64,000 nucleotides of DNA, taken from positions 64,691 through 128,690 of the forward strand of contig JBAYJP010000002.1 in assembly GCA_041665025.1 (NCBI GenBank), given 5' to 3'. This DNA is from Candidatus Magasanikiibacteriota bacterium. GTDB taxonomy: Bacteria > Patescibacteriota > Patescibacteriia > Magasanikbacterales > UBA922. Shown one piece after another: positions 28,657-38,253 of the stretch (the stretch's first letter is position 1; each line of letters opens with the position of its first letter). The notes below the pieces were generated by a model. It saw nothing but the letters and a program-made list of their open reading frames with translations, made no database searches and was not told the origin of the DNA. Position numbers and translations under genes: made by a program.

Positions 28657-29631
28657 ATGAAAAATAACGACATTCTCGACCTGGTCATCATTGGTGCCGC
28701 CGCTGCTGGTTCAGCAGCTGCTGTCTATGCTGCACGCAGAAATCTTAATTTTGTTGTGGTTACGAAAGATATTGGGGGTGAAGTGGCACTATCTGGCGAA
28801 GTAGAAAATTGGCCTGGTACCGTGCATACGACTGGCTTTAAACTCGCACAAGATTTTCATGAGCACATGAAATCATACAATGTACCCATAGAAGAAGGAT
28901 ACGAGGTTGTAAGTATACAAGCAGTAAAAAATTACCATATAGTAACAACGAAAAATAGCCTGGGCGAAAAAAAAACATATACCGCAAAAGCAGTTATTAT
29001 CTCAAGTGGAATCCATCCGCGCCTTTTGAATATTCCTGGCGAAAAAGAATACTACGGCAGAGGTGTAACATATTGTACCGTATGCGATGGTCCCCTATAT
29101 AGAGGAAAAGTGACTGCAACAGTGGGCGGTGGAAATTCTGCTCTCGAGTCAGCACTCATGATGGCTGGTATTGCCACAAAAGTATATTTGATAACCAAAT
29201 ATCCAAATACCAAAGAAAATAACTGGGGATTCCCAAAAGGGGAAAATATTTTGATTGAAAAAATAAAAGAACATGCAAATATAGAAGTGATATACAACGC
29301 AAATACAAAAGAAATAGTAAACGATGGAAGTTTTGTGAGTGGGCTGATATATGAAGATACCGATTCAAAAGAAGAAAAGAGAATTGATATCCAGGGAGTG
29401 ATGGTACACGTCGGACAAATCCCTAATTCAAATTTTGTATTATGCGGATCAAAAAATACGATCGGTGAGATAGAAGTAGATACCAAGTGCAAGACAAATT
29501 GCCCGGGTATTTTTGCTGCCGGAGATGTTACCAATGTTCCATTTAAACAAATTGCCATTGCCGCAGGACATGGAGTAACGGCAGCCTTGAGTGCAATAGA
29601 GTATATAAATAAGTGGAAAGAAGAAGTGTAA
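28657..29631 (+). CDS. trxB: thioredoxin-disulfide reductase-like FAD-dependent oxidoreductase
   Basis: FAD motif 'DLVIIGAAAAGSAAAVYAARR', redox CxxC 'CTVCDG', NAD(P) motif 'TVGGGNSALE'. Start set at MKNNDILD; the upstream ATG lies in the repeat. Confidence 0.75.
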   Translation: MKNNDILDLVIIGAAAAGSAAAVYAARRNLNFVVVTKDIGGEVALSGEVENWPGTVHTTGFKLAQDFHEHMKSYNVPIEEGYEVVSIQAVKNYHIVTTKNSLGEKKTYTAKAVIISSGIHPRLLNIPGEKEYYGRGVTYCTVCDGPLYRGKVTATVGGGNSALESALMMAGIATKVYLITKYPNTKENNWGFPKGENILIEKIKEHANIEVIYNANTKEIVNDGSFVSGLIYEDTDSKEEKRIDIQGVMVHVGQIPNSNFVLCGSKNTIGEIEVDTKCKTNCPGIFAAGDVTNVPFKQIAIAAGHGVTAALSAIEYINKWKEEV

Positions 29632-29702
29632 ATAAAGATTACCCGCCCAAGGCGGGTCCGCCAGGGGGCGGAAAAGATTGTAAAATTACAAGATTACGAA
29701 TA

Positions 29703-29730
29703 AAAACGAGCAAGACTCGTTTTTATTATA
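29703..29730 (+). terminator. intrinsic terminator after trxB
   Basis: 'AAAAACGAGcaagaCTCGTTTTTATTAT', preceded by GC hairpins 'CCCGCCcaagGCGGG' and 'CCGCCagggGGCGG'. Confidence 0.55.
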
Positions 29731-29832
29731 TCAATTTACATAATCTTTCAATCTTAGGCTCGCAGGGCCATAATCTTCAGTCTTTTGTGTTATTTTGCTA
29801 TAATCAGCTTATATTATTGCTGACTTCGCATA

Positions 29833-31466
29833 TGAAAATAAACAAAACTACAGCTTACCACCTCTCGTTTATCATGCTTGTCTTTCTAGCGCAATTCTTA
29901 TTTATAAATCCTATTGGCGAATTTGCTTTGAATGATGACTGGGTTCATACAGAAATAGCCAAACACCTGGTCGATACCGGAGAATTTCGTATGTCTCCAT
30001 ACGCGGGGCCCACGTTTTATATACCTATTCTGTATGGTGCAGCCCTTATCAAAATCTTTGGCTTTTCTTTTTCAATGCTTCGAATTTCAACACTCATTTT
30101 AAGTCTGTTCTCAATATTAATCTTTTACTTTTTACTGAACAAAACAAACAACAAACCACATATTAACCTGCTCATTACTCTTGCACTCTGGCTCAACCCA
30201 ATTTTTTACAATCTGTCATTCACCTTCATGACTGATATTCCTGCATTATTTTTATTCATTGCAAGTATATTTTTATATTACATCGGATTTGAAAAAAAGA
30301 ACGCGTGGTATTTATTTTTTGGTTCACTCGTCTCAGTTGTCGGGTTTTATACGCGGCAAACAAACATATTGCCTATGGTTGCTGCTGGACTCTATGTCAT
30401 CCTGAATCCCGATGTAATCTGGATGAAAAATCTTTCTTACCACAAAATTCCTTTGACACATCTTGTATTATCTTTCGGCGTTCCATCTCTACTATGGCTC
30501 TCCATGTATATCTTCTTGCAAAAAAATAACCTGCTTCCTCAAGGCGCTTCCCTTCACTATGTATACAAACTAAATGAACTTTTAACACACACGTTGTGGT
30601 GGTTGTGGTATAGCCTCGTATATCTCGGTTTATTTGCCTTGCCATTTGCTGCCGGATACGTACTCAAACATCCTTTCAAGCGAATCAAAAATACCAAACT
30701 GCTCATTCTTACAAGTATTCCGGTTATTGTTGCTCTTGTCATTTTCAAAATTAAACATGTCCGTCTGCCATATGTCATGAATATAATTACTGAATACGGA
30801 CTTGGGCCTATGTACAATGTTATCAACGGTCAATTCAAACCTATGTTTCATGGTTGGGTATGGCTTTTGGTTACCTGTGCTGCGACTGGAGCTGGCGGAT
30901 GGCTCATTTACATATTTTTACGAGCAAAAAAATTTCATGAATCACCTTTTGGGTATATATACACGACAGGTATAGTATTTTTAATCCCTATTTTATTATT
31001 TCATAGTTTTGACCGATATTACTTAGCGCTATTTGTCATTGTAGGAATCATTATTGCAAAGCAACTTACATTTAAAAATTTCTACGCGCCAGCTACATTA
31101 CTTGTGTTAACCATATATGCAGTGTTTAGCATAAGCCAAACGCAATTTTATTTAAACTGGAATAAGGCACGATGGGAAATGGCATCCCACGCTCTCGCGG
31201 TTTCCCAACTCCAACCGCATACTATTGACGGCGGATATGAATGGAATGGCTGGCACGCGTATTGGTCTGCATGGTCTGCTCGATATGAACAAGGAACTCT
31301 CCAGGGACCATGGACAGCTCCGTGGTGGATCAAATATCTTTTTGTAAATAATACCGAAGACTATATTGTCAGCTTTTCTCCTCTGAAGCCATATTCAGTA
31401 ATTCAGACAAAACAAATTCCCGGGTGGAATCCCAATAACACCTTATATCTCCTTAAAAAACCGTAG
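29833..31466 (+). CDS. ArnT/PMT-like (GT39/GT83) membrane glycosyltransferase
   Basis: Polytopic protein whose N-terminal region ('GEFALNDDWVHTEIAKHLVDTGEF...YAGPTFYIPILYGA...FMTDIPALFLFIASIFLYY') is typical of ArnT/dolichyl-phosphate-mannose transferases. Start placed at MKINKTT after the trxB terminator and a TATAAT box; the ORF-track 5' extension overlaps trxB. Confidence 0.55.
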
Positions 31467-31519
31467 ACTGGAACGACGTAGAGTGGTATAATCGGTATAT
31501 AATTTAGCTACTTAAACAT

Positions 31520-31828
31520 ATGCTTCTCCAAAATCTCATTCCCTATGTACCCTCGTCTCTCACCGTGACAATCATATATGTAGTCGCCATGCTTGGACTC
31601 ATCTTAATTATATATGGCATTTTTCTCGAACGAGAACGACGCCAGGACATTGTCATCATGCTTGGCGCGCTTTGTTTGCTTGATTACGCAATATATATCA
31701 AAAATACGATATTTATTATTGCTATGGCTGGCATTGCCGTAGCGTCACTTATAGAGCTTATTGAGATACTTGCAGGGATACACAAACATTCACAAACTGA
31801 TCTGAAAGAATATAAAAACTTAAAATAG
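31520..31828 (+). CDS. small membrane protein, hypothetical
   Basis: 102 aa with three hydrophobic helices. Confidence 0.4.
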   Translation: MLLQNLIPYVPSSLTVTIIYVVAMLGLILIIYGIFLERERRQDIVIMLGALCLLDYAIYIKNTIFIIAMAGIAVASLIELIEILAGIHKHSQTDLKEYKNLK

Positions 31829-31831
31829 ACT

Positions 31832-32800
31832 ATGTTTGATCTTATCACCATTGGTGACGCCACCATGGACACATTTCTTGCTATAGATGATGCAACACTC
31901 AGTTGCGACCTCAATCGCGAACACTGCAAACTATGCATCAACTACGCAGACAAACTTCCTATTACCCATACAGGACAATCGGTGGGTGGTAATGCAGCCA
32001 ATGTGGCAGTAGCGTGCCAAAAACTCGGATTTAATACTGCGCTCGTAACTGAACTTGGCGATGATATCAATGGCCTCATTATAAAAGAAGAACTCGAAAA
32101 TAGCGGCGTACACACTAAATTAGTAAAAGTACACAAAGGAAAAGAAACCCGTTATTCTGTGGTATTACATTACAAAAGTGAACGAACTATTTTGTCGTAT
32201 CATGTAAAACGCGCATATTCTTTGCCAAAACTACCACAAACAAAATGGATATACTATTCCTCCTTGGGTTCTTCATTTGAAAAACTTCAGGAAAAACTGG
32301 TTGCGTATGTGAAAAGACATCCGGAAACTAAACTTGCCACAAATCCAGGCTCATACCAGATAAAATTTGGCCTGCAAACATACAAAAAAATACTTCCTTT
32401 GACAGAATTGCTATTTGTAAACAAAGAAGAAGCAACAAAACTCGTAGGTCAGCGCGATTCAATACAAAAAACCATGCACGCGTTACATCTACTTGGACCA
32501 CGGATAGTAGCACTCACAGATGGAACCAAAGGCTCATATGCATCTGACACAAAGACGCTCTATTTCATGGAGCCGTTCCCTGCTAAAGCAATAGCACGTA
32601 CGGGTGCGGGCGATGCATATGCAAGTGGATTTTTGTCTGCAATTTTATCTGAAGAAACAATAAAAACTGCCATACAATGGGGCAGTGCAAATGCGGGTGG
32701 TGTTATTCAAAAGTTCGGTGCACAAAAAGGATTACTCACCAAAAATCAAATCAAACAATATATAAAAAAACATTCGCGTGTTGTACCGCGAGTTATATAA
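31832..32800 (+). CDS. PfkB-family carbohydrate kinase (ribokinase-like)
   Basis: 'LITIGDATMDTFL' N-terminal fold and PfkB signature 2 'GAGDAYASGFL'. Confidence 0.75.
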   Translation: MFDLITIGDATMDTFLAIDDATLSCDLNREHCKLCINYADKLPITHTGQSVGGNAANVAVACQKLGFNTALVTELGDDINGLIIKEELENSGVHTKLVKVHKGKETRYSVVLHYKSERTILSYHVKRAYSLPKLPQTKWIYYSSLGSSFEKLQEKLVAYVKRHPETKLATNPGSYQIKFGLQTYKKILPLTELLFVNKEEATKLVGQRDSIQKTMHALHLLGPRIVALTDGTKGSYASDTKTLYFMEPFPAKAIARTGAGDAYASGFLSAILSEETIKTAIQWGSANAGGVIQKFGAQKGLLTKNQIKQYIKKHSRVVPRVI

Positions 32801-32835
32801 AAATGTATAAACTAAAACGGCCCATAATGGCCGTT

Positions 32836-33204
32836 TTAAAATTCTTTAGTTAACATGTCCAAATCCCTTTCTAGACCACTCTTTTCGATATCCAATTTCC
32901 TTTCTAATTCTTCCGATGGCAATTTTGCACGTTTTCTAGCACCAATTTCATCTTCTTCTTCATCAGTATCATGTGAGTATTTCCCCTGAGGACGTAAATC
33001 ATTAAATTTCATCAATCCAAAATTCCTCTCCTGCGCACGCAATGCATTGAGCTGATCGTGCATCGTGCGTATCACCTCTGCCTCGTCGACTTTCCCTTGT
33101 ACAAAAAGTTCTCCTCCATACTTAACCAATATATCCCGACGTATTACTATCCTTCGCTCCCTGTCTACCTCTAAAAACTTTTGACTTTTTTCTTCCGTAC
33201 TCAT
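32836..33204 (-). CDS. hypothetical protein
   Basis: 122 aa charged protein; 4-nt overlap with the upstream gene. Confidence 0.35.
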   Translation of the reverse strand: MSTEEKSQKFLEVDRERRIVIRRDILVKYGGELFVQGKVDEAEVIRTMHDQLNALRAQERNFGLMKFNDLRPQGKYSHDTDEEEDEIGARKRAKLPSEELERKLDIEKSGLERDLDMLTKEF

Positions 33205-33893
33205 AGTATTTTCTTTTCATCTTTCTTCCCCTGATAATAACCTTTCAAATTTTTCACTTCATTGATATCCACTCTCGGACCAAGCAAGGAAAAACCATGA
33301 TCAAATGAATTGACATGACTATATATATCTTGTTTTAGGTTATCATGCCCTATTTCATCGGCAAATTTCTTCACATCTTCAACAACAGTATTTATCTCTT
33401 CTATCATCTTGCCATACTTATCTATTGCCGCCTCATACATAGGACGGTCATGAGACAACGCGGCTTGTGTGGCATGACGTCTAATATCATGTTTTAGATC
33501 AATGAGTAGCCCTACGAGCTCCTGACGTTCCCCAACGCCTAAAAAATCGCTTCCAGAGCCCCTATATACATCCTGGTATGTCCCACCCATTTCTTTAAAA
33601 ATCTGAAGTTTCCTTTTCAAACCTGTAGAAGCACGCTGATGCAATAATTCCTGGCCAAGCTTATCAGTATAATGCTTGTGAACATCTTCAAACGCGCGCA
33701 TATAGGGCCAAATCTTTTTGCCAACCTCAGCCATTATCTGTTCAACTTCTTCCAATGCAATATCATGCTGGTTGCGTACACCCTCCAGACGTTTTTCAAA
33801 CAACTCAAGAATTTCACTCGGTATCAGAGGTGGCAAATGATCATGCATGCGTTCAAAAATATAGAGTGTGTGTTGTACGGCGGGGATGTGCAT
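33201..33893 (-). CDS. hypothetical protein
   Basis: 230 aa, His-rich segments, no confident domain. Confidence 0.35.
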   Translation of the reverse strand: MHIPAVQHTLYIFERMHDHLPPLIPSEILELFEKRLEGVRNQHDIALEEVEQIMAEVGKKIWPYMRAFEDVHKHYTDKLGQELLHQRASTGLKRKLQIFKEMGGTYQDVYRGSGSDFLGVGERQELVGLLIDLKHDIRRHATQAALSHDRPMYEAAIDKYGKMIEEINTVVEDVKKFADEIGHDNLKQDIYSHVNSFDHGFSLLGPRVDINEVKNLKGYYQGKKDEKKIL

Positions 33894-33904
33894 ACAGACA
33901 AAGA

Positions 33905-33950
33905 TTAAAAGATTGTAAGATTAGAAGATTATATCGATTTGTTATCACTC
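33905..33950. repeat. 'AAGATTAAAAGATT' heptamer repeat arm (family 4, left arm)
   Basis: 'aagattaaaagattgtaagattagaagatt', inverted partner at 34300..34352. Confidence 0.75.
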
Positions 33951-34303
33951 TTCAGACTGTTAATAAATAAATTCAAGTCTTTTGCCAAATCACAGTATTT
34001 TGTATTTAAATCCACAAAAATATCTTCTGCTATATATTTACGTCCAGATGCAACGGCTAAATGACTCCTTGTTTCTGTAATTTCTGCCCGTGCAATATAT
34101 AGAGTACGAATTTTATCTGCATAATAATATCTTCCATGTGCCTCGGCTATGTTGGCAACTATGGAATTAGCGGATCGACGAATTTGAGAAGTCAGTGCAT
34201 ACAATTCAGTTGGCGGAAATTCATCAGTTGCATCATATATCTTCATCAGTAAAGTATACCCGTTTTTCCAAATATCCAATTGATAAAAATCTTTATATCC
34301 CAT
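33929..34303 (-). CDS. four-helix-bundle protein (23S rRNA intervening-sequence protein family, TIGR02436-like)
   Basis: 'GYKDFYQLDIWKNGYTLLMKIYDATDEFPPTELYALTSQIRRSANSIVANIAEAHGR' matches the family consensus. Confidence 0.75.
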   Translation of the reverse strand: MGYKDFYQLDIWKNGYTLLMKIYDATDEFPPTELYALTSQIRRSANSIVANIAEAHGRYYYADKIRTLYIARAEITETRSHLAVASGRKYIAEDIFVDLNTKYCDLAKDLNLFINSLKSDNKSI

Positions 34304-34352
34304 AATCTTTTCGCCAAAATCTTCTAATCTTACAATCTTTTAATCTTCACAC
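34300..34352. repeat. 'AATCTTTTAATCTT' heptamer repeat arm (family 4, right arm)
   Basis: 'aatcttttcgccaaaatcttctaatcttacaatcttttaatcttc', reverse complement of the left arm; together they bracket the four-helix-bundle gene. Confidence 0.75.
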
Positions 34353-34393
34353 GAAGATAGTATACCAAACCCTTCACACTACTCCAAACTTTT

Positions 34394-35092
34394 CTAACGG
34401 TCTTTAAACGCCATATACTCTTTCCACCTCAGATACAACTCCCTCGTTGCATGCAAATCACCTGCACAATACTGCGCAATTTCTTTGTATTTTCCCTGTT
34501 CAAACATGGGCTTTACATCATGACCAGTGACACCGTGAGATTTGGGAGATTCTATGCCAAATGCTTTGCAATAAAAATCAAGATTAAACTTGCGCGTGCT
34601 GCTGTAATACGTGAGATGTTCAAGCAAATCTACATGTACATCCGAACTATACCGATAGGGCATGAGATTTTTACTTGGTTTAACCTTATGTATGGCAGAA
34701 CGCATCATAAGCACGGGGCAATCAAATCCACGCCCGTTAAACGTAACAAACTTATTGGCATACGAAATCGCTTTCCAAAATTTTTCTAGAATTTCTCTTT
34801 CTGTCCCTGGGACATACTTTATATTTCCATCTTCCCATTCAACGACTTCCTGTTCACGTGATTGGAAATAAACCGCTCCTTTCTGCGTTTCAACAGACAG
34901 CATGCCTATTGCCACGATTTCATTCGTCGGCGCCCACAGTGCCATTTGATCCTTTATCTTTTCTCTTTCTTCCTCATCTTCAGCAAACTTCAAAAGATAC
35001 TGCTGCTGGGCTTCATCAAGGGAATCAAAAACTTTCGGAATTGTCTCGATGTCGAAGATGATGGTGTTCATAAAATTAAACTCAAAATTCAA
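34394..35092 (-). CDS. RNase H-like 3'-5' exonuclease (DnaQ/PolB-exo superfamily)
   Basis: Exo motifs I 'IFDIETIP', II 'FNGRGFDCPVL', III 'YCAGDLHATRELY'. Confidence 0.6.
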   Translation of the reverse strand: MNFEFNFMNTIIFDIETIPKVFDSLDEAQQQYLLKFAEDEEEREKIKDQMALWAPTNEIVAIGMLSVETQKGAVYFQSREQEVVEWEDGNIKYVPGTEREILEKFWKAISYANKFVTFNGRGFDCPVLMMRSAIHKVKPSKNLMPYRYSSDVHVDLLEHLTYYSSTRKFNLDFYCKAFGIESPKSHGVTGHDVKPMFEQGKYKEIAQYCAGDLHATRELYLRWKEYMAFKDR

Positions 35093-35184
35093 AGTTCAAA
35101 ACTCAAAACTACATTTTAAAACTTTAAAATTTGTGAATAGTTTTGGGTTAAAAATTTGATTTTTGACCTTTGAGTTTTGAGCTT
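35078..35184. repeat. 'TTTGAGTTTTGA' palindromic intergenic element (family 2)
   Basis: 'aactcaaaattcaaagttcaaaactcaaaac...ttttgacctttgagttttgagctt'. The right arm encodes the last ~11 codons of the SpoU methyltransferase. Confidence 0.75.
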
Positions 35185-35642
35185 ATGAGATACATCGCAA
35201 TCCCCGCGGCAACACTCACATTCAAACTCTCTTTCTTTCCATACATCGGTATATGCACGACTTTATCGCATAGTTTCAAAATATTTTCAGCGATTCCATC
35301 AACTTCATTACCCACCACTAGGGCGATATCACTGTCAATCTTCCAATCTTTTAGTCTTTCAATCTTCTCGCTCGTTTCATTCTTCTCCAACCCCACAATC
35401 ATAACTCCTTTCTTTTTTAAAGAAATAATCAATCGTTTTAAATCTTTCCTTTGTTCCCACGGCATCCATGTCTCTGCACCGAGCGAAACCTTGTCTATCT
35501 GTGGTCGAGGAGGACAAGGAGTATACCCAACTAAAAAAATCTTTGTAACCCCACATGCGTCGGCAGTTCGAAACATGGCCCCCACATTATGGCACGAGCG
35601 GATATCGGGTAAAATGAGATAAAATTGTCTTTGTTTATTCAT
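35148..35642 (-). CDS. SpoU/TrmH-family (SPOUT) RNA 2'-O-methyltransferase
   Basis: 'LILPDIRSCHNVGAMFRTADACGV' and 'VGNEVDGIAENI' motifs of TrmH/TrmL class. Confidence 0.75.
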   Translation of the reverse strand: MNKQRQFYLILPDIRSCHNVGAMFRTADACGVTKIFLVGYTPCPPRPQIDKVSLGAETWMPWEQRKDLKRLIISLKKKGVMIVGLEKNETSEKIERLKDWKIDSDIALVVGNEVDGIAENILKLCDKVVHIPMYGKKESLNVSVAAGIAMYLISSKLKGQKSNF

Positions 35643-35749
35643 AATCTCTCTCAGTGTAATCCTTATGAATCTGCGTAATCAGTGTTTAAAATCAGTGGTA
35701 TTATAACAAAACAGCCCGGCTTTTGGAACGGACTGTTCAATGTAATGAT

Positions 35750-36745
35750 TTACTGGGTATCAACAGCATTCTGAGTAGTTTCGACCCGTTGTTTTACCGT
35801 GTCTCTCAGTTCTCGCACCTTTTCAAGCGCTCTAGTTTCTGGTTGAGTTTTACGTTCTTCAATCTTTTGTATTATTTTGCGTGTAGAAGTATTTGAATCC
35901 GCTTTTTCTTTAAAATCACTCCTTACTTCTTCCATCTTTTGTTTTCTTTCTTGCCACAACTGGTCTAATTTTTCCTTTGCCTGCTCATCACCATTTTTGG
36001 CTGCATCCAAAAGTTCTTTCTTTTGTTCTTGAAATTGTTTAACCCCCTGTGTATGCTCTTCGACACGATTTTGCACCTGTTGTAAATGTTCGCGAACCTG
36101 CTCAGGTATTTTTTCATTATTAATAGCATTCAAAAAACGCTGCCCATCCTTGAGGCCCTTTTCACGAAGCTCGCGCAATTTGTTCATTTGTTCGTCAGTC
36201 AATTTCCCCTCAAATTTCTCTTCTAGTGTATCCATTACCTGCTCACGGCTGATTTGGTGGATTCCAATATTCTTCATCAATCGCTGAACTCGTTCATCAG
36301 GATTTTGTAAAAATTTGTCTTTATGTTCTTCAACTCGGCTCATGAGATCCTGAGAGCGTTCAACCATTTTTTGCGCTTTTGCCTGAACCTCTTGTTTGTC
36401 TGATTTTTGAGCTATAAGTTCGGCCAACTTCATGCGTTCTTCGGCGTATTTTAGACGAAGCTCATCTTTTTTAACCGGGTCAAATGTAGTAACAATTTTT
36501 ACACGTTCTTTTATCCCGCGCCACCACAAACCAAAAGTGGTAGGCAATTGAGTAGGCATGTCTATGTTCACTCCTTCCAGACTTTCAAGCGAATCTGGCT
36601 GACTCGCAGAAGCTGTAAGTAGTGGTTGACTTGTTTGTATCGAACTTAAATCACCTAAACTCTCTTCCAACGCGAAGACAGGGGTTAAAAAACAAAGTGA
36701 TAAAACGCAGGCTAGACCCATGCGCATGACAACCTTTTTTTTCAT
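35750..36745 (-). CDS. secreted coiled-coil protein with LTxxQ-like motif (possible Spy/CpxP-like)
   Basis: Signal peptide 'MKKKVVMRMGLACVLSLCFLTPVFA', long charged helices, 'LTDEQMNKLRELREKG'. Confidence 0.3.
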   Translation of the reverse strand: MKKKVVMRMGLACVLSLCFLTPVFALEESLGDLSSIQTSQPLLTASASQPDSLESLEGVNIDMPTQLPTTFGLWWRGIKERVKIVTTFDPVKKDELRLKYAEERMKLAELIAQKSDKQEVQAKAQKMVERSQDLMSRVEEHKDKFLQNPDERVQRLMKNIGIHQISREQVMDTLEEKFEGKLTDEQMNKLRELREKGLKDGQRFLNAINNEKIPEQVREHLQQVQNRVEEHTQGVKQFQEQKKELLDAAKNGDEQAKEKLDQLWQERKQKMEEVRSDFKEKADSNTSTRKIIQKIEERKTQPETRALEKVRELRDTVKQRVETTQNAVDTQ

Positions 36746-37032
36746 ATCTTGTATAGATTACTAATTTATCCTATTGAAACCTTTGGCACAAATAAAAAAA
36801 CAGCTACTGCAATGGCAATACCTGCTACTAAATAAAGATAGACCCACGAAAAATCCGCCTGCTGTACGCCGAAATCCCCTTGTTTGTGTTGCATATGTGT
36901 TTTTTAATATTAACTCTACTGACCGTGATCAATTAGGCCAATAAAATCAATATTATGTATACAGTATAGCAGAAAAAAGTACGTTTGTCAATAGATTTTT
37001 TATTGATTTTTAATAAAAAGTGTCGTACAATA

Positions 37033-37107
37033 TACACGTACCACGTATCACATAACACATATCAAATATTTAAATTGATACGTGATACGTGCTATGTGAT
37101 ACGTGAA
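37033..37107. repeat. ACGTG-family heptamer palindrome (R6)
   Basis: 'acacgtaccacgtatcacataacacatatcaaatatttaaattgatacgtgatacgtgctatgtgatacgtg', ending 3 nt before the recombinase ATG. Confidence 0.8.
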
Positions 37108-37110
37108 CAT

Positions 37111-38136
37111 ATGGCGACAACTCTCAAACAATATCTCACCGAATTTCTTGAACACCTGGAAATCGAAAAAAACCGCAGCCCAAAAACACTGCAGAATTAT
37201 GATTTTTATTTAAGACGTTTTATAGAATGGTTTGGAGACAAACATCCTGAAAAAATAACTGGCGAGGATGTACGTCAATACCGACTTTGGCTCAATAGGC
37301 TCTGCGATGTACACGGAGAACCACTGAAAAAAAATACCCAAAACTACCATCTCATTGCTTTGCGTTCATTTCTGAAATACTTGGCCAAACGCGATGTAAA
37401 GACACTGCCCCCTGAAAAAATAGAACTAATGAAAATGCCTGATCGTGAGGTTAGTTTTCTTGAAGGTGGGGATTTGAATCGTATTCTAGAAGCGCCGTTC
37501 AAACACTTGAGCACGAAAGCACTTGCCTGCCCGCCAAATGGGAGGGAGCACGAAAGCACAAAGACAAAAATACCGCCCACACTCCTCATAGCCCATCGCG
37601 ACAAAGCGATTTTGGAGTTGTTATTCTCGACGGGTTTGCGCGTGTCTGAGCTCGCCAAGTTAAAAAAGGAAGATGTAAATTTAAACCGAGACGAATTTAC
37701 CGTAACGGGAAAAGGACGAAAAACTCGTGTTGTATTTTTATCAGAACAAGCGCGATATGCTATAAAAAAATATATAGAAATCCGCGGAGATCTAAATCCG
37801 TATTTATTTATTTCTCACGACAAACGCACGGGACCTAACAAAAAAATAAAAAATGGTAAGATGGCTGATGACGACCAACCATTGACACCTCGTTCTATTG
37901 AACGGACGGTGCAAAAATATGCCCGAGAAGCAGGGATTACCAAGCATGTCTCGCCACATACCCTGCGACACTCTTTTGCTACAGATTTACTCCAAAATGG
38001 AGCCGACATCCGCAGTGTACAAGCAATGCTTGGACACTCGTCTATTACGACAACTCAAATTTATACGCATATAACAGACAAAGAACTTAGAAATATCCAT
38101 AAGAAATTCCATGGCAAACACAGAGCTGATGATTGA
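37111..38136 (+). CDS. site-specific tyrosine recombinase (XerC/XerD / phage-integrase family)
   Basis: N-terminal SAM-like domain ('LEHLEIEKNRSPKTLQNYDFYLRRF') and catalytic 'HTLRHSFATDLLQNGADIRSVQAMLGHSSITTTQIYTHI' (R..H..R..Y). Start at MATTLKQ; the ORF-track prefix is repeat read-through. Confidence 0.8.
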   Translation: MATTLKQYLTEFLEHLEIEKNRSPKTLQNYDFYLRRFIEWFGDKHPEKITGEDVRQYRLWLNRLCDVHGEPLKKNTQNYHLIALRSFLKYLAKRDVKTLPPEKIELMKMPDREVSFLEGGDLNRILEAPFKHLSTKALACPPNGREHESTKTKIPPTLLIAHRDKAILELLFSTGLRVSELAKLKKEDVNLNRDEFTVTGKGRKTRVVFLSEQARYAIKKYIEIRGDLNPYLFISHDKRTGPNKKIKNGKMADDDQPLTPRSIERTVQKYAREAGITKHVSPHTLRHSFATDLLQNGADIRSVQAMLGHSSITTTQIYTHITDKELRNIHKKFHGKHRADD

Positions 38137-38161
38137 CAATTGGGCTAAAAAGCGATAAAAT
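38133..38161 (+). promoter_or_regulatory. sigma70-like promoter for tRNA-Arg
   Basis: TTGACA-17nt-TAAAAT; the -35 lies inside the last codons of the recombinase gene. Confidence 0.5.
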
Positions 38162-38181
38162 TTGCATATTAATTATGCCTT

Positions 38182-38253
38182 GCGCTCGTAGTTCAATGGA
38201 TAGAATAGAAGCCTTCTAAGCTTTAGATCAAGGTTCGATTCCTTGCGGGCGCA
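38182..38253 (+). tRNA. tRNA-Arg (anticodon TCT)
   Basis: Cloverleaf: acceptor GCGCTCG/CGGGCGC, D-arm GTTC..GAAT, anticodon stem GAAGC/GCTTT with loop CTTCTAA, T-arm CAAGG-TTCGATT-CCTTG. No encoded CCA. Confidence 0.8.

Noticed and set aside
29613-29832. Long 5' extension of the glycosyltransferase ORF overlapping the trxB 3' end
   Set aside because: The region contains the trxB terminator hairpins and a TATAAT box. The conserved membrane-protein homology begins at MKINKTT (29833).
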